Positions 1 to 12,229 of a stretch of 64,000 nt of DNA are shown one piece after another. The DNA lies in NCBI GenBank assembly GCA_008632985.1, contig QPGO01000012.1, positions 186,001-250,000 of the forward strand. The letters are read 5' to 3'. The first letter of the stretch is position 1, and every line of letters begins with the position of its first letter. The stretch comes from Psammoneis japonica. Its lineage: Eukaryota. The position numbers were made by a program, and so were the translations under genes. The notes under the pieces were generated by a model. That model was not told the origin of the DNA. It was given only the letters and a program-made list of their open reading frames with translations, and ran no database searches.

Positions 1-435
1 CTTTTCGCAGTTGTTCCCTGCCCCTTTCGACGTTTTTCTTTGCTTGTCCAGGTTCCAGGTGCGAGGAGTCGACCGAGATAGATGTTGTGCCCCGATGTCC
101 CCCGGTCGCTTGACGGACGTTTTGTCGCGCATCAAAGATCGCTCATCGCTCGAAAGATCCAAGACGAGTTGGGGGAAGTCTCCAGCCAGCTGCTGGCTGA
201 AGAATCTTGTGTAGAATTTGTACTGAAACAGTCTGTCAATCTGTGCGTTAGGGGGTTTTGGCGAGCGCTGGACAGACTCGACGTCTTTTGCGTAGCCCTA
301 CATAAAAATTGTACCGGTAGTACTGGCAGAACCACCAAACGCACTGACGAGCAGACTTTTTTCAGCCAGCAGCTGGCTGGAGTCCTCCCCCAGAGTGACA
401 AACGACAACCGACAAGAGACAGAGAGAGATCAACA

Positions 436-1693
436 ATGGTTGGAATTGCATTGTTTGCTGTCGGGGTGTTGTTGTTCAATGTGGCCACAGTTGAGAGTTT
501 TTCGAAAAGTTTGTTTCAACAAAGAAGAGCAGAGAAAGAAATTGTAGTTGTAAGACTGGGACGAAATAATGACGGCGGCGTTGACAAGGGCTTCAACTTG
601 TTGGAGACTGCATCAAAAGTTGTTCCGCAGGGGAAAATAGTACAAACCGTCAAAGAAACATGGAAATTCGGTTGGAAGGTGTGTTTTATTTGTATTACTC
701 GGAGCACAAGAACGACTTCATGTTTTTCAACGTTTTTCTGATGTCCCTGCCGTAATCTCTTGTGTGTTTCAGAGAATGATGGCGGAGCTCGCACCACAAG
801 ACAAAACCGGAAGCTACAAACGTCCGTCTTATGCCTTTGCGGGAAAAATTGGTAGTTCTGATTTTCCTGATGAGCCTGGGCGATATCACTTGTACGTGGG
901 TAATCCATGTCCGTGGTGTCACAGAGCGCGATTGGCACTGGCCTTACGGGGTATTGACACTGATGAAGTGGGTGTAACTCAACTTGTTGACGATCCTGTC
1001 AAGGCTAGTCGCGGAGGATGGGTGTTCTCGTCGTCCGACAGAGATCCTCTTGCCAATTGTCGGGACTTGAGAGAGTTATATGACAAACTGTCACCAGGTT
1101 TCACAGGTCGATGTACAGCTCCACTCTTGGTTGATCTCAAATCGAAAAAGATTGTCTCGAATGAAAGCTCTGATATTGTTAGAATGATAAATACCGCGAC
1201 ATTCGGTAAGACAGGTGAAATGCTGAATCTATATCCCGAGGCTCTGGCTTCGAAAATCGATGAAGTGAACGAGTGGGTCTATCGGTTGTTAAACAATGGC
1301 GTTTATCGTTGTGGCTTTAGTACGACGCAGGTTGCGTACGATAGGGCATCCGCAGATGTCAGGCAAGGTCTCGAACGCTGTGAAGAATTGCTTTCAAAAC
1401 AGGACTTTCTCTGTGGATCCCAGCTTACCGAAGCCGATTTGAGACTTATTCCAACCATTCTCCGGTTTGATGGTGTATATGCCCCCCTTTTTAAAGCGGG
1501 TGGAGCACACCTGCGAATAAGAGACTACCCTGCTTTGCATGCTTGGGCAAAACGGTGTTGGTCCATCAAGGGAGTTAAGGAAACAATTGATTTGGCAGAT
1601 GCCAATGCTTCCTACTACAAGCAGCTATTTCCGCTCAATCCTGGCGGAATTGTTCCAACCGAGGTAACGGCGGCCGCTCTGGGTCTCGAGTAA
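436..1693 (+). CDS. Glutathionyl-hydroquinone reductase / omega-like GST (YqjG/ECM4 family), probably plastid-targeted; exons 436-678 and 773-1693
   Basis: RYHLYVGNPCPWCHR, CTAPLLVD..SKKIVSNESSDI and NNGVYRCGF motifs. GT..AG intron 679-772 joins GWK/RMM in frame. N-terminal signal peptide ends VES-F. Confidence 0.9.
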
Positions 1694-1865
1694 AGAAGCC
1701 CGTCATCTGTTGTGTGAGATACCACCATCCAGTAGCTATGCCTGTGAAGGACTAAGTAGTGCTTTGTCCAACAGCAGCCTTTCTGGTTGACAAGATTTCT
1801 TTTCTAGACAGAGTGTTGTGCTGCCAAAGAAACAGATTTGGAGTTCGCTTGTGCCCTCCTGCCGA

Positions 1866-1936
1866 CCTCTAGAGTAGAGTAAGCTACTACTCTACACTCT
1901 AGCTCTAGCTAGAGAGTAGTAGATAGTAGAGACTAC
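1866..1936. repeat. CTAG/TAGAG/CTAC-rich low-complexity intergenic tract
   Basis: ctctagagtagagtaagctactactctacactctagctctagctagagagtagtagatagtagagactac; similar tracts at ~4352-4405 and ~8450-8530. Confidence 0.7.
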
Positions 1937-2255
1937 GAACTCAGCGAGGATGGGATGATTCTCTGAGGGATTCATTCTTCATGATGATGATCGTGTCTCG
2001 GTAATAAAATCGAGCTACTTGGCGAGAGGCGCGCGTTTGTTATCGTCTTCAAGATTCCAAATTCTATGATCTTTTTAGTCGAACAAGTCAATCGCATCAT
2101 TCGATGTTGAGGCGGAAGATTTGCGTTGAAGTCGTCTACGTGAGTTTGCGTACAATTTCTCGTACTAAAGATTTGCCACCGCCAATCTGCAAACGTTGCG
2201 CCGACGACGACCAAGGTTCCTTTCCTTTCACCAACTGTATCAAGAGAAATTGACA

Positions 2256-3025
2256 ATGAAGGTCGCCGCAGCTCTTTCTCTTCTCCTCGCTAGCGCCTCG
2301 GCGTTCGCCCCCGCTGGTGTGAACAACGTCAGGGATGTGTCTGTAATGGCTAGCATTGACGATGCTTTTGGTGTCAGTGTTGAAACGGGAAACAAGTGCC
2401 CTCCTCTTGGTGCCAGGATCTTGCAAGATGCCTCACCAGGTGCGCTCAAGTGGTTCCAGAACGCCGAGATCAAGCACGGCCGTATTGCCATGGTTGCAAC
2501 CATTGGATTTTTGACACAGAAACTCGGTGTTCACTTTCCTCTGTACTTGGGACCAACCGGATCTAACTGCTTCAACACCGCTTCCGACCAGGACTGGCTT
2601 CTCTCCTCCACCACTGGTGTCACCTTCTCGGATATTTCTGCCGCTGCTCCTCTCGAAGCCATCAAGATGGTCCCCGCTGCTGGATGGGCGCAGATCTTCT
2701 TTGTTGCCGGATGGTTTGAATGCATTGCTTACGAGCGTCAATGGAACCAAGAGAACTCCGTCCCAGGTGACTATGGATATGACCCGCTTGGCTTCACCAA
2801 GCAACCCGGTGGGTTGGAATCTGATAATCTCAAAGATCTCCGCCTGAAGGAGATCAAGAATGGACGCGTTGCTATGTAAGTTCGAGTACGCTAGCCTTGT
2901 GCCCTGCCCTTGAAACCTTTTCTCTCACACCAGTGACATCTACTTTTGTCTTTGTTAGGATGACAATCGCTGCCTGGGTTTCCAACGAGGCCATCCCCGG
3001 AGCTCTCCCCGTGTGGCACCCGTAA
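2256..3025 (+). CDS. Fucoxanthin-chlorophyll a/c light-harvesting protein (LHC/FCP); exons 2256-2875 and 2959-3025
   Basis: ASAFAP bipartite targeting motif, AEIKHGRIAMVA, PGDYGYDPLG and KEIKNGRVAM. Intron 2876-2958 restores the end M-MTIAAWVSNEAIPGALPVWHP*. Confidence 0.95.
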
Positions 3026-3398
3026 AGACTATGTTGTCGAATAATACCAATATAGATTCCGACATGTTTTTATATGCCTGCCCTATCGCGGCTAATGACG
3101 TGTGCGTTAGCTGCGATAGACAAACAAATGCTGATTACTTTCTAGATGCAATACTCTAGAGCAACCGTACGAAATCACGGCATTTAAGCAGTTGCTTCTA
3201 CTTAATTTTCGCCATGCTGAGATGAGGGAAATTGACGAAACAGTTGCCGGTAATATAAAATAGAAGAGGCATGGAAGGGACGACGATAATGCATGATGAT
3301 CCCAGGATGATCCCCAAAGTTCTATCCTGGTGTCAATTCCGGGTTCCCGCCAAAACCGCGCATGGAATCCCCCCCGTTCCACCAGTCTCAAGTTCACC

Positions 3399-4091
3399 AT
3401 GCGGATTTCTCATTTGATGTCCGCTTTTCGGTTCGTCATCGCAACCAAGGCATGGACACCATATAGGGTGACTACCAAAAGTTTCATCTCCACAGCGGCG
3501 GCAACAAGCGCTGGATCAACGGAATCCAGCGCCAATTCTTCGAAACGTCCGCCGATGGTTTCCACAGCTACTTCTAGTATGGTACGCCTTGCTACGGAGC
3601 AAGACGAGGAGTTTCTGTGGGAAATGTTGTACTTTGCTTCTCATTCACATTTGGAATCAAACACTACAATGGAAATGAACCGCGTCAATCCCGACCTTTC
3701 TCGATACGTCGCAAACTTTGGTAAACAAAAGGGAGATTTGGGCGTCGTGGCGGCGGACGGAACAACGAGTCGACTCTTGGGTGCAGCGTGGGTGAGATTA
3801 TTAAGCGGCGAGAATCAAAAGAATCTTGCGAGCTATGTGGACGATGATACACCAGAGCTGGCAATTGCAGTGCACCCGGATCTTGTCAATCAAGGCATTG
3901 GTGGAAAGTTGCTTCAAAGTTTGCTCGGGCACGCAAAAGGTCGATTCCCCGCAGTTGTCTTGTCTGTTCGTGCCAATAGTCCAGCAATACGATTTTATGA
4001 ACGTTATGGCTTTGAGACGGTCGAGACAATCAAAAACCGAGTAGGAACAGACTCGATCAAAATGATTTGCCGCTTTGAACCACACGCGTAG
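3399..4091 (+). CDS. GNAT-family N-acetyltransferase, intronless
   Basis: Motif A AVHPDLVNQGIGGKLL and motif B LSVRANSPAIRFYERYGF. Start codon chosen at the first ATG of the ORF. Confidence 0.85.
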   Translation: MRISHLMSAFRFVIATKAWTPYRVTTKSFISTAAATSAGSTESSANSSKRPPMVSTATSSMVRLATEQDEEFLWEMLYFASHSHLESNTTMEMNRVNPDLSRYVANFGKQKGDLGVVAADGTTSRLLGAAWVRLLSGENQKNLASYVDDDTPELAIAVHPDLVNQGIGGKLLQSLLGHAKGRFPAVVLSVRANSPAIRFYERYGFETVETIKNRVGTDSIKMICRFEPHA

Positions 4092-4351
4092 AAAGACTTT
4101 CCATCATTGCTCGTTCGCCACTCTTCACCGTGTTGCATCGCCAGCTAGTGCCCGGGTCTTCCATTCCTTGTTGCTTACAAGATTCCTTTAGATGCGAATG
4201 AGATTACGTTGGCCATCCAACAGTCGACAATGAATGCCGCTAGATTAACCAACGTCCCAGCGCTGGCATTTTCAGGAAGAATCAAATCCGGCAGTCAAAG
4301 GGCCGTGACATCTGAGTGAATCTTTCAATGTGGAACAGCTAGCACCACGTT

Positions 4352-4405
4352 TAGTAGTCTCTAGTAGCTAGAGAGAGAGAGAGAGTATAGACTAGTAGGA
4401 CTACG
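4352..4405. repeat. TAG/GA-rich intergenic tract
   Basis: tagtagtctctagtagctagagagagagagagtatagactagtaggactac. Confidence 0.65.
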
Positions 4406-4667
4406 GCTTACACTGTGTTAGACTAGTTATGTTAGTTTTTTTGGAGAACACAGATTCCGTCTTGCCGTTTGCCCGCCCCAGGGTGAGGAGGAGTCGTCGT
4501 CAGTCTTGTGTTCGGTTACCGTTAAAATATAGAAATATTTATTCATGAATACGTTATCCTCCAAAATGCTATTATATAAATACTTTCATGAAAATAAAAT
4601 AAAGTAACCGACGTCGGCGCTTGTTCGCGCACACACAAAACAGTGTGGGAAAATTCGACAGACGACC

Positions 4668-5286
4668 ATGGGACAGGTATTGAGACGATTGCTAGAGGTA
4701 TTCTACACCAAGAAGCTCGACATTGTCGTGATTGGCCTCGAGAATAGGTACGTCATACACGCTGTTTGCGAACAGAGGAGCGATGCAGATTCATTGAAAA
4801 ACTCTGACGTAACTTTTTTTCTCGGAAAACAGCGGAAAGACAACATTGCTCTCTGTTCTTGCACACGGAGAGCCAGTTGAGACAGTCCCTACGATAGGGC
4901 TTAATGTAAAGGTGTTTAAGAAAGGAAAAGTGGATATGAAATGCTGGGATATCGGAGGGCAGGAACAATATCGAGGCGAGTGGAGTAGATACACAAAAGG
5001 ATGTGATGTCGTCTTGTACGTTGTTGATGCGGCAGCGCCTCAGAAACTACCAACCGCCAAGAAGGAGCTTCACAAATTGCTGGATGATGGAAGCATTGGT
5101 TCAACCCCTCTTTTGGTGCTTGCCAACAAGATTGATATTCAGCCTCACGTTGGAGAATCGGAGCTTATTGAGAAACTCCAATTGAATTATGTTATGGAAA
5201 CACCATGGATGGTGCTCCCGATCAGTGCGTTGCATGTTACAAACATTGATCAGGTTGTGGAATGGTTGACAGCTCAGGGAAAGTAG
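4668..5286 (+). CDS. ARL8: ARF-family small GTPase, ARL8-like; exons 4668-4747 and 4833-5286
   Basis: Splicing out 4748-4832 gives the P-loop GLENSGKTT; PTIG, WDIGGQ, NKID and ISA motifs follow. Subfamily assignment rests on motif resemblance only. Confidence 0.85.
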
Positions 5287-5466
5287 GTCGTCGAAGAGAC
5301 TTGTCTTCCGCTGCTCAAATAAGTCAAACAGGCTTGAACATTCTCATATTTTTAGATTTGTTATGAACAAAGCCAGTCAATTTGCGAGATCACAATTACT
5401 TACTAACTACGAATACTGTACGTCTATGCATCTTATGGGATCGTTGTACGAGTATGACCGCTTAAC

Positions 5467-8091
5467 TCAAAGGAACCACGGGGCTTCCTCCTCGATCACA
5501 TGCTTATCCAACTTCTTTGTTGGAAGCAACTGAAATTCTCGTGGACGCTCTTCATCCACTAGCGCAACTCGACAGTCAAGGCGCACGTGTCTGACGGGTC
5601 TGCCGTCCACTGTAAGCACACAATCTGAATCTGTTTCGTCGTTGTCACAGTATTGGAGACTGAAATCGCCTTCTTCTGAAAAGATCTTTACCTTTTGTTC
5701 CGGACCGCACGCTGCTTGGACGGCGCGCTCTGCTAGCATGAGTTGCCAAAACTTACCGCCCACGGCATCGACGGCCAAGTGGGCAGACACCCACTGAAAG
5801 GCCCCAGCGAGAATGGACTGAACACCACGTTCGCCCCAACATCCTGCTCGCCACATGACCGCATTGAAGCCATGTCTCTTTCCTAGATGCTTCATGACAT
5901 CAATCGGCTCGCCTCCGTCGAGGACCTCCACAATGGCACCCTTGTCCTGAAGACGACGTTTCAATTCCTGATAGTCAAATAGTAAATCGAGTAAGACACT
6001 AGAGGGAAGCATGCAGGGTAACTGAATACAGCTGCTTTCCACCTACCTGAGCAGCCGCCAGTTCTTTCTGAATAAATTTGGTCGCAGCAATTGCTGCTTT
6101 TTGTTGCTCTAATGCCGCTTCTGCTGCAAGGGCAGCCTCGCCAGATTCCACCGCTACAAGGGCTGCCTTGGCTGCTTCCGCCGCAGCTTCGGCCGCCTTT
6201 GCTGCGGCAGTTGCGGCTGCCTGAGCTTGAGCGTTATCACCACGACGCAGCAAAACACGAGTGGGTCGTCGACCGTCACTTTTCCAAAAGGATTCAACGT
6301 CAACACCTCTGGGAAGATTAGGATCTTCATTGTACATTGGCAGATCCTTCAAGTCGGTGGCGTCCATGACAAGAATGCGTTCCACATTTGCAGGAAGCTC
6401 CTGTCCCTGTGTGGCCAACCACTTGAGACCATTCATCCTTGCCTGAACGGAGTCGTCGTCAGAAGGACCGTTGCCTGGCTTTGGAAATGTTGCAACGACA
6501 GCATCCACCTGATACCCAGCAAGTCCAGCGGTTGAGATTTAATGCAACACACTCACAAAACTGGGCACGAGTGAGTACCGTCCTTACCTGTTCATACCAA
6601 GGCATCATGGGGTTCTTGGCGAGATTCTCTTGAAAGTCCTCCTCTTCAAACTCCATCTTGAAAAAATCATCCACTTCGGTATCCAAATCATCCTCATCAA
6701 TATCCGTAGCCCAAATGGACTCGGGAGGAGGAGCAATGTTGTATGCCCCAAAATCACGAAAGGACAGCATCTTTCCGCCAAAATCTTTTCCGAATGCATT
6801 TCCGTGACGAGCATAAGCATCAATGTCGTCACTATCTACAACAGAACAATGTAAGAATCCCAACGGCTGCGCGATAGGATAGAACAACAATTTGCAACGA
6901 GTACGTTCAGACTATCTCCGAACTAGTAGACAGCAAAATCACAAAACCGCACGGAACTCATACGTACCCTTCCAGTCGATTTGAAATGTTTTCGAGCCAT
7001 TCTCTGCAATTTCGTCTTGGCAAGCTCCGTGTATCCTGAAATGAGTTCTTCGCACTCCTCCTGTTCCACTCCCATGCTGACACTGATACCGGCCTCATGA
7101 AGGGCCGCTGCTCCTTCCATGGATCGTTCAGCAACGGGATCAGCACAACCTATTACGACACGTTGAATGCGAGACATTTCAATCAACTGAGTCATGGGTG
7201 GCAATACTTCGCCTCGGCTTTCGGAGGAAGGCTCGAGCGTGACGTAAAGAGTCGACTCCGCCAAATCGTCCCTCAACTTCTTGTTGGATGGCCATGAAAC
7301 AACCCATTCTCGTAGGGGTACGGCAACCAAACCGGCATTGGCAATTGCAGCCTGGACAGCGTTCTGTTGATAGTCAGATCTTCCCTTTCCTAAAATCTGT
7401 GTAATGGAACCAAGGACAAGATAAGCTGATGAGAAGAATCAATTTTCACCGAGGCTATCATGAACAAGGGGAACGTACCCGACCATCCTTGGTAACAACA
7501 ACAGCGCCGACGATAGGCTTTGGAAACGGAGAAGCTCCGCCACGCTCACCTCCGCTATCATTATATTGGTAGATAATTTGAAGGTTAGCAACAAACGAAA
7601 ACCCAGGAAATATCAAACACACACGACAATACGGGCACTCACCCTGACTGAGCCATTTGAATAGCTAAGCGCATGTGTTCAGCATCAAAGGCAGCTTCCG
7701 CTTCCTCCTCTTCCGACATTAATAATTCGTCGTCGGCTACTGTTTCGTCAAGCCGCAACTGGCTGCCATCAACTGCCTCCTTTGTTTTATCAGTCTTTTC
7801 CTTTTCGTTGCTTTCCGACTTTACTACAGCATCAGTAGCGTCCTTTGTTTCATCAGTGCTCTTTTCGTTGCTTTCTGACTCTAGGTTGTGTGCCACGGCG
7901 TCGGCTGCTGCCTCCTCCACCAGAGCTGGTATATCAACATTTCCTTTCTTTGATTCCATTACTCGAGTCCAAAACGCTGTGCTTGCTACAGGTGCTCTTG
8001 TGATTGGTCGTACAGGGGCAAAGGCTCCGGTGACTGAGAACAGTGTCAAAACTTGAAGAGTCCCCATCAAGAAACGCTGTTTCTTCACCAT
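5467..8091 (-). CDS. Multi-exon plastid-targeted RibD/PyrR-like protein (riboflavin deaminase-reductase family) with a degenerate deaminase site
   Basis: TGA-FAP targeting motif; DAEHMRLAIQMA, PKPIVGAVVVTKDGRILGKG, STLYVTLEP and RVVIGCADP. The ORF pieces are linked by several short GT-AG introns. Confidence 0.75.
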
Positions 8092-8449
8092 TTTTTCCCC
8101 TTGATATCCTCTTGTTCCTTGGAGAGAGTAGGTAGATTGGAAGGTATGTTCTATGAAGACAGTGTGGTGTGTTCTTGTTGTTTCTCTATGTAGATGAGCG
8201 TTGACGTTGGATGGAGATTATGGCCATTGTGATCGAGATCAGAGATCACCCTTGGCATCAGGCATCAGCATCACCAAGCGTTTTTTTCGACGCGCGCATG
8301 ATGAGCGTTGAGCGCGAAAATGGGTGGAAATAAGGACGCGCAGACAGCATAGAGTAGATAATCGTGTTTAGGCGCTTGTGCCTTATTTGCTTTAAAAAAT
8401 GCGCTACCGAGCGCTCTGGGATGATACGGTACCATAGATGTGCCGCTTG

Positions 8450-8472
8450 TCTCTCTCTAGAGTAGTAGAGAC

Positions 8473-8507
<35 letters not shown>

Positions 8508-8531
8508 GAGTAGAGAGTAGCCTAGAGTCTA
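8450..8531. repeat. (CT)n microsatellite embedded in a CTAG/TAGAG tract
   Basis: ctctctctagagtagtagagacctac(tc)n tactagagtagagagtagcctagagtct. Confidence 0.8.
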
Positions 8532-8726
8532 AATTATGGTAATACTGGAACACCAACCGATAACGCGGTATATTGAGTAGACAAGTTATGTGCATCCTAC
8601 GATCAGGACTCAAGCAGTACGAAAAGGAACCGGTCTTTGTCATTGGGACTCTAGGCTAAAGCCGTACAACTGGCCTACTTGCGAATGATCTGCTATAATC
8701 TTAAGACGAAGAGAGGTCCCCCAACT

Positions 8727-9221
8727 CTAATGATCAGGGTCGTTGTAGTAATCAAAGCAATCCGGGCAAAGCTTTGTATGGGGATAAAGCTCCTGACCAC
8801 AATCATCACACAATATATCCCCACAGGAACCCTCGCAGTCGTTGGCGCATCCTTTACATAAGCTTACCACCTCGCATCCTTTACAGACAGTCGCACAATT
8901 TTCGCTTTCTTCCTTTTCGTCCGAGTTGCAGAGAGTTTTGTCACAGTGCTCACACTCCGTTAGACATTCGACACAATGCAAGTCCTCGCAATCATCACAG
9001 GGTAAAATATACCCGCCTTCAGGGTCAACGGAATTCCCACACAGGCACTTGAACGCGTTTTCTCCCTGGAAGTTCATACCTCTTTCCTTCTCTTGTTCCT
9101 TCAGTCGTTTCAACTTGGCGGTGACTTGTGAAACGAGAAGCTTCAGCTCATTTTGAACTTCCATGCACTCGGCGGCACAACCCGCCTCATCATTTCTGTT
9201 CTGGAAAGACGCTGAGCTCAT
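8727..9221 (-). CDS. Small acidic Cys-rich protein (coiled coil followed by repeated CxxC, putative Zn-binding)
   Basis: CDDC, CVEC, CEHC, CKGC, CDDC and CPDC motifs with natural composition. Start placed at MSSASFQ. Confidence 0.55.
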   Translation of the reverse strand: MSSASFQNRNDEAGCAAECMEVQNELKLLVSQVTAKLKRLKEQEKERGMNFQGENAFKCLCGNSVDPEGGYILPCDDCEDLHCVECLTECEHCDKTLCNSDEKEESENCATVCKGCEVVSLCKGCANDCEGSCGDILCDDCGQELYPHTKLCPDCFDYYNDPDH

Positions 9222-9580
9222 CGTTGAGAGATGGTGATGCCTTGCTTTTTGTGTTTGCAATGAAATATTGGTTATTAGATCGTGTCTTCTCTCTCGCCAA
9301 AGACGACTCCGGCTTATTCTTTCGCCGAAGACTCCCACGAGTCAAGTTTTGTTTTGGTTTTGTGAGGGCATTGTGAAAGTACTTCCATGCAGAGCGCGGT
9401 CGCTGCTTGTTTTTGTACGGGCTGCGTTCTTTGATGATGCGTTGGATGTATCGTAGTAGTACAGGAGCACCAAATGATAATGCGGTGTATCGAGTAGACA
9501 AGTTCTGTGCATAAAAATTGTGTTTGCTTGACTCAATAGACTACAGTAAAAGCTACTTCTCATACATTGGGAATAAGCTG

Positions 9581-10237
9581 TCACCGAAAAATCTGGCAAA
9601 TGTAGAGCTCTCCAGACGGCGCCGCTGCTGTTCCCATTCCCATGTACTTGTAGTTTTCATTAAGGATGTTGTTGGAGGCCGAAACAGACTTCTTCATCAT
9701 TGACTTGTGAATTCCTCGAATGTTTTTGCCCTTGGCGACGTTGGAGCCGACGCGTGAGCCAAGATGGTGGGAGAGCTTTGCCTGCAACTTAACGGTCTCT
9801 TCATGACTGGCTTCTCCTCCTTTCGAAGCCATAGATTCGGCGTGTTCCCGGGCTATTTCATCCATGGAATTACTTCGAATTACGGGGGCAATCTTTCGCT
9901 TTGTTCTTTCCTTGTTGACTAGAACGTGGTTGGATGAATAGTACCAGAGCTGGTGTCTTTTCGGGTCGACAGGAAGATTAATATCCAATTCTTCTTCCTC
10001 TTCCATTGAACTGCTGGTTGACGATGTGTCCAATGGGTGCTTCGCTTTTTCGTGCTCTGACACGGCACAACTTCCGTTCTCAAAATCGTGCCATTGTGGG
10101 TGTGTTTCTTGAACGTTGAACCATGCGCCGCTTCCTTGTAGCGGCTCTACGGTCTTTATAGTCCGTTTTCGCTTGGTATGGATTTTTTCAGATCTTCTCT
10201 CAGTAGCTGGAGAGTGTTTGCTGATGGAAAACAACAT
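9581..10237 (-). CDS. CAP/SCP (cysteine-rich secretory protein-like) domain protein; true start uncertain
   Basis: HVLVNKER...AREHAESMA...NVAKG...NILNENYKYMGMGTA...LYICQIF matches the CAP fold pattern. Confidence 0.75.
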   Translation of the reverse strand: MLFSISKHSPATERRSEKIHTKRKRTIKTVEPLQGSGAWFNVQETHPQWHDFENGSCAVSEHEKAKHPLDTSSTSSSMEEEEELDINLPVDPKRHQLWYYSSNHVLVNKERTKRKIAPVIRSNSMDEIAREHAESMASKGGEASHEETVKLQAKLSHHLGSRVGSNVAKGKNIRGIHKSMMKKSVSASNNILNENYKYMGMGTAAAPSGELYICQIFR

Positions 10238-11004
10238 GGTGAGGCAAACTATTTGGTTTTCAAGTCGTGGTCGCTGGTTTGTGCGATGGTTTTGGCTAAG
10301 GCTCTCTGCTCTCGGGCGGTTTGCGCGTTCATCGATTCGTACGGGCGGGTTGAGTCTTGGGTGGGGCAGTAGTAAGTCGGAGTTGAAGCGTTTCCAAATT
10401 TCAGTATTTAATATTCAAACTGGAATATAATGTAATAATGATTCGCGAACGCGTTGAGATGGCGGGGAAAAATTTAGTCACGCGCGTTTCCAACCTCACC
10501 GCCTTCGAACGAACCTGCGACGCGACCCTCGATCCGTGCATCCATGACCCATCCCGCACCATCAATGTCATTTCGACGTAAAAAGTAACCTGACTTGTGC
10601 TGCTTGAATGCCTGTGCAGCATGATGTGCCGTGGTCATACTCTCTCCTCGTTGGTGTTTGCTGCGATTGTGCGACTCACACCATGACATTCAAGCTTTGC
10701 ATCACGTTCGACGTTCGATGCATACAGAATGTTTCCAAACTAAGCGAAATTTGAGCACGATTTTACTAACAGAGGTCGACCGCCACCGGTGGTGGGATGC
10801 ACGGAAAAGGCTGGCTTCGTGCAGTTGAAGGCCATATGGAACTTTTATACATGGAACGGAGCTACTCTACCAGACGATTCTTTAATCATTCCGGCGGGCG
10901 ACGGATCACGGCTTACTCGAGCAGCTGTTTCACAACATCAGAGGACGGAAGGATGCGAACGTTCTCAGTTGGAGGACGCAGTCGGAGTTTTCCTTGGGAA
11001 AAGC

Positions 11005-11924
11005 TCACTTGGACCACCTCGCCGTAGCATACTTTCGCATTCCTTCTTTCAGAGCTGACATGCCATCCAAAATATTCTTTTCTAGCTTCTTTCGATTGCT
11101 GGGATACATCAACGCCGTCGCTGCCACTTGAGACAAGGTCTTGAGTTCCACTTTCTCCAATGTGCCGCGATATTTGATACCATGGCATAGGGTAGGGCTA
11201 CCGCTGCTAATTATTTGGAACATTACCTTTGTCCCCCAATATCGAGGATTCGAAGCTTTGATTTCAGCCGGAGCGCTATTATGGAGAGCATCTGATTCGG
11301 TTTCAAAGAGGACGAGATGAGGCCCCACCTTCATAAGCTGTTGATGCTCCACAAACTCAACGTCGCGGTCATTAGAACCCGTCACAAGTCTCTCGAATTG
11401 AAAGCCACGACGCTGAGATTCTGAACATACTGATGATGCTTGGTCACCATGATCAAACCATCTGTGTGTGGAACTTTAGTTACCATGTATGGCTTGCTGA
11501 CATCCTGTTGGGCGAGCATTTCAAGAGTTGACCCACCAAAGACAAAGTCTACTGTTGAAAGATTCAAACCGCGGTGTTTTGATGCAACGTGCAAACCGGC
11601 GATGCCATAGTTTCCAAAGGGGAACCTATTCTCGTACTCCTGAGGAGGCAAACTCGGGAACCTGTGGGGGAGTTGAAGACTCGATAAACGAACTAACTTC
11701 TTAGGCTCCGCTTCAACATCAATGCTGTCTTTGATTTCCTGGGGCTTTACGTTAGAAAGGCTTCGATAGGATCCACCAGGTGTCCATGAAAAGTACCCAT
11801 GGTCAGACACGGGCGAGAATATCGTCAATTCTGTCTTGTTCAACTCGCTTTCAAATGGTGCAGTGGTGCGTTTCGCACTATCCAGCGTAAGATCTTGAAG
11901 CAGGTTCTCAAGTGTTGCTGTCAT
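11005..11924 (-). pseudogene. RAI1/DXO-like PD-(D/E)xK nuclease with one frameshift near 11405 (pseudogene or assembly indel)
   Basis: Shifting frame at gtcgtggctttcaattcgag yields GFQFERLVTG, joining ORFs 11382-11924 and 11005-11385. GxxFE, ESD, EIK and K..FQ occur in the RAI1 motif order. Confidence 0.6.
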
Positions 11925-12229
11925 GGCTTCTCTCTATGATGTGAGACTGCACACAACCGGAAAAAGCGAACGAGTTTTGAGATTTATGATTGGCTGCTGA
12001 AAATTTTGACTCGGTAGGTTTTGCACATGCGCCGGAGCGATGGGATGACTGTCTCTCCAACTCGAGCCTGCCCACAATGGTTGTTGTCACGAAGGAGAGA
12101 GAGTGTGTGTGAGACAGAGCACCACTGTTCTCTATGAGATGCTGCATGTCACTATGATGCCACCACACTCTGTTGTCCACTCTCAATGCTGAGGCAGGGA
12201 CACTGTGTGCTTCAAGGGGCATTTAATTT

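Noticed and set aside
82..435. N-terminal extension of the GST ORF
   Set aside because: A clear signal peptide starts at ATG 436; the upstream part looks like promoter or UTR.
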